Of a stretch of 64,000 nt of DNA, positions 63,635 through 64,000 are shown one piece after another. The position numbers and the translations under genes were made by a program. Source of the DNA: Antedon mediterranea. Lineage: Eukaryota > Animalia > Echinodermata. Under the pieces are notes generated by a model. It made no database searches and was not told the origin of the DNA. It was given only the letters and a program-made list of their open reading frames with translations. Within the stretch, counting starts at the first letter, position 1, and each line of letters opens with the position of its first letter. The stretch is from NCBI RefSeq assembly GCF_964355755.1, contig NC_092670.1:10960795-11024794 (forward strand), in the 5' to 3' direction.

Positions 63635-64000
63635 TTAATACTTTCACTTTACCTTGGAAAATACATTAGCATTCATCTTGTGTTTCTTTATGTCACTAAT
63701 TTCCTTGATCAAAACCAATTGAATATATATATATATATAATATACATTCATTGTAAGTTTTTATTTAATTTTTAATCATTTCAAAACTAGATTCAATTTA
63801 AAAACTTCAGCAAATATCCATTGAAAATACTCCTAAATTAGATTAAAAATTACTAATTATTATTAATTAAAATATAGGAAATACTGATTTATGATTAGAT
63901 ATCAATTTGATTTTATTAATTAAAAACAATAATAATAATGTTACTATTGTATTAGCATAGTTTTAAATAATACAATTAATATTGTTTTTACAGAATGACT
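63635..64000 (-). repeat. Paralogue of the FReD 3' flank at 31505-31830
   Basis: Shared TTTACCTTGGAAAATACAT...GATCAAAACCAAT...AAATATAGGAAATACTGATTTATGATTAGATATCAATTTG...TTTTTACAGAATGAC in the same orientation. Confidence 0.85.

Overview
AT-rich eukaryotic (metazoan, probably marine invertebrate; taxon is inference) genomic DNA, not prokaryotic. The host content is a minus-strand tandem cluster of spliced fibrinogen-related domain (FReD/FREP-type) genes. Copy A is nearly complete: signal peptide + PAN/apple-like exon at 53721-53431, then FReD exons at 51412-51276, 50608-50347 and 32469-32225. There are two decayed last-exon copies (32220-32094, 27393-27117), two intact exons of copy C (9495-9359, 8730-8469), and the 3' flank of a probable further copy at the right edge. 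Most of the rest is transposable elements and tandem repeats. The ~17.9-kb last intron of copy A holds a nest that can be unpicked by target-site duplications (TSDs): a Rex1/Babar-like LINE interrupted by an AcademH-like element and by a Gmr1-type Gypsy LTR retrotransposon (gag-PR-IN-RT order, tRNA-Leu PBS, CCTGG TSD), which is itself interrupted by a MULE-like foldback element carrying a MITE and an Academ-like element with an L1/Tx1 fragment. Also present: an intact 988-aa CR1/L2-group EN-RT ORF, a Helitron-like tandem array, 164-bp and 35-bp satellites, a minimal hammerhead ribozyme motif in a Penelope-like remnant, a 5S+tRNA+CORE-like chimeric SINE, and recurrent TA-GGCC-TA / TA-CAG-TA micro-insertions that resemble excision footprints. 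Superfamily assignments rest on TSD length, termini and protein motifs read by eye; no database search was run.
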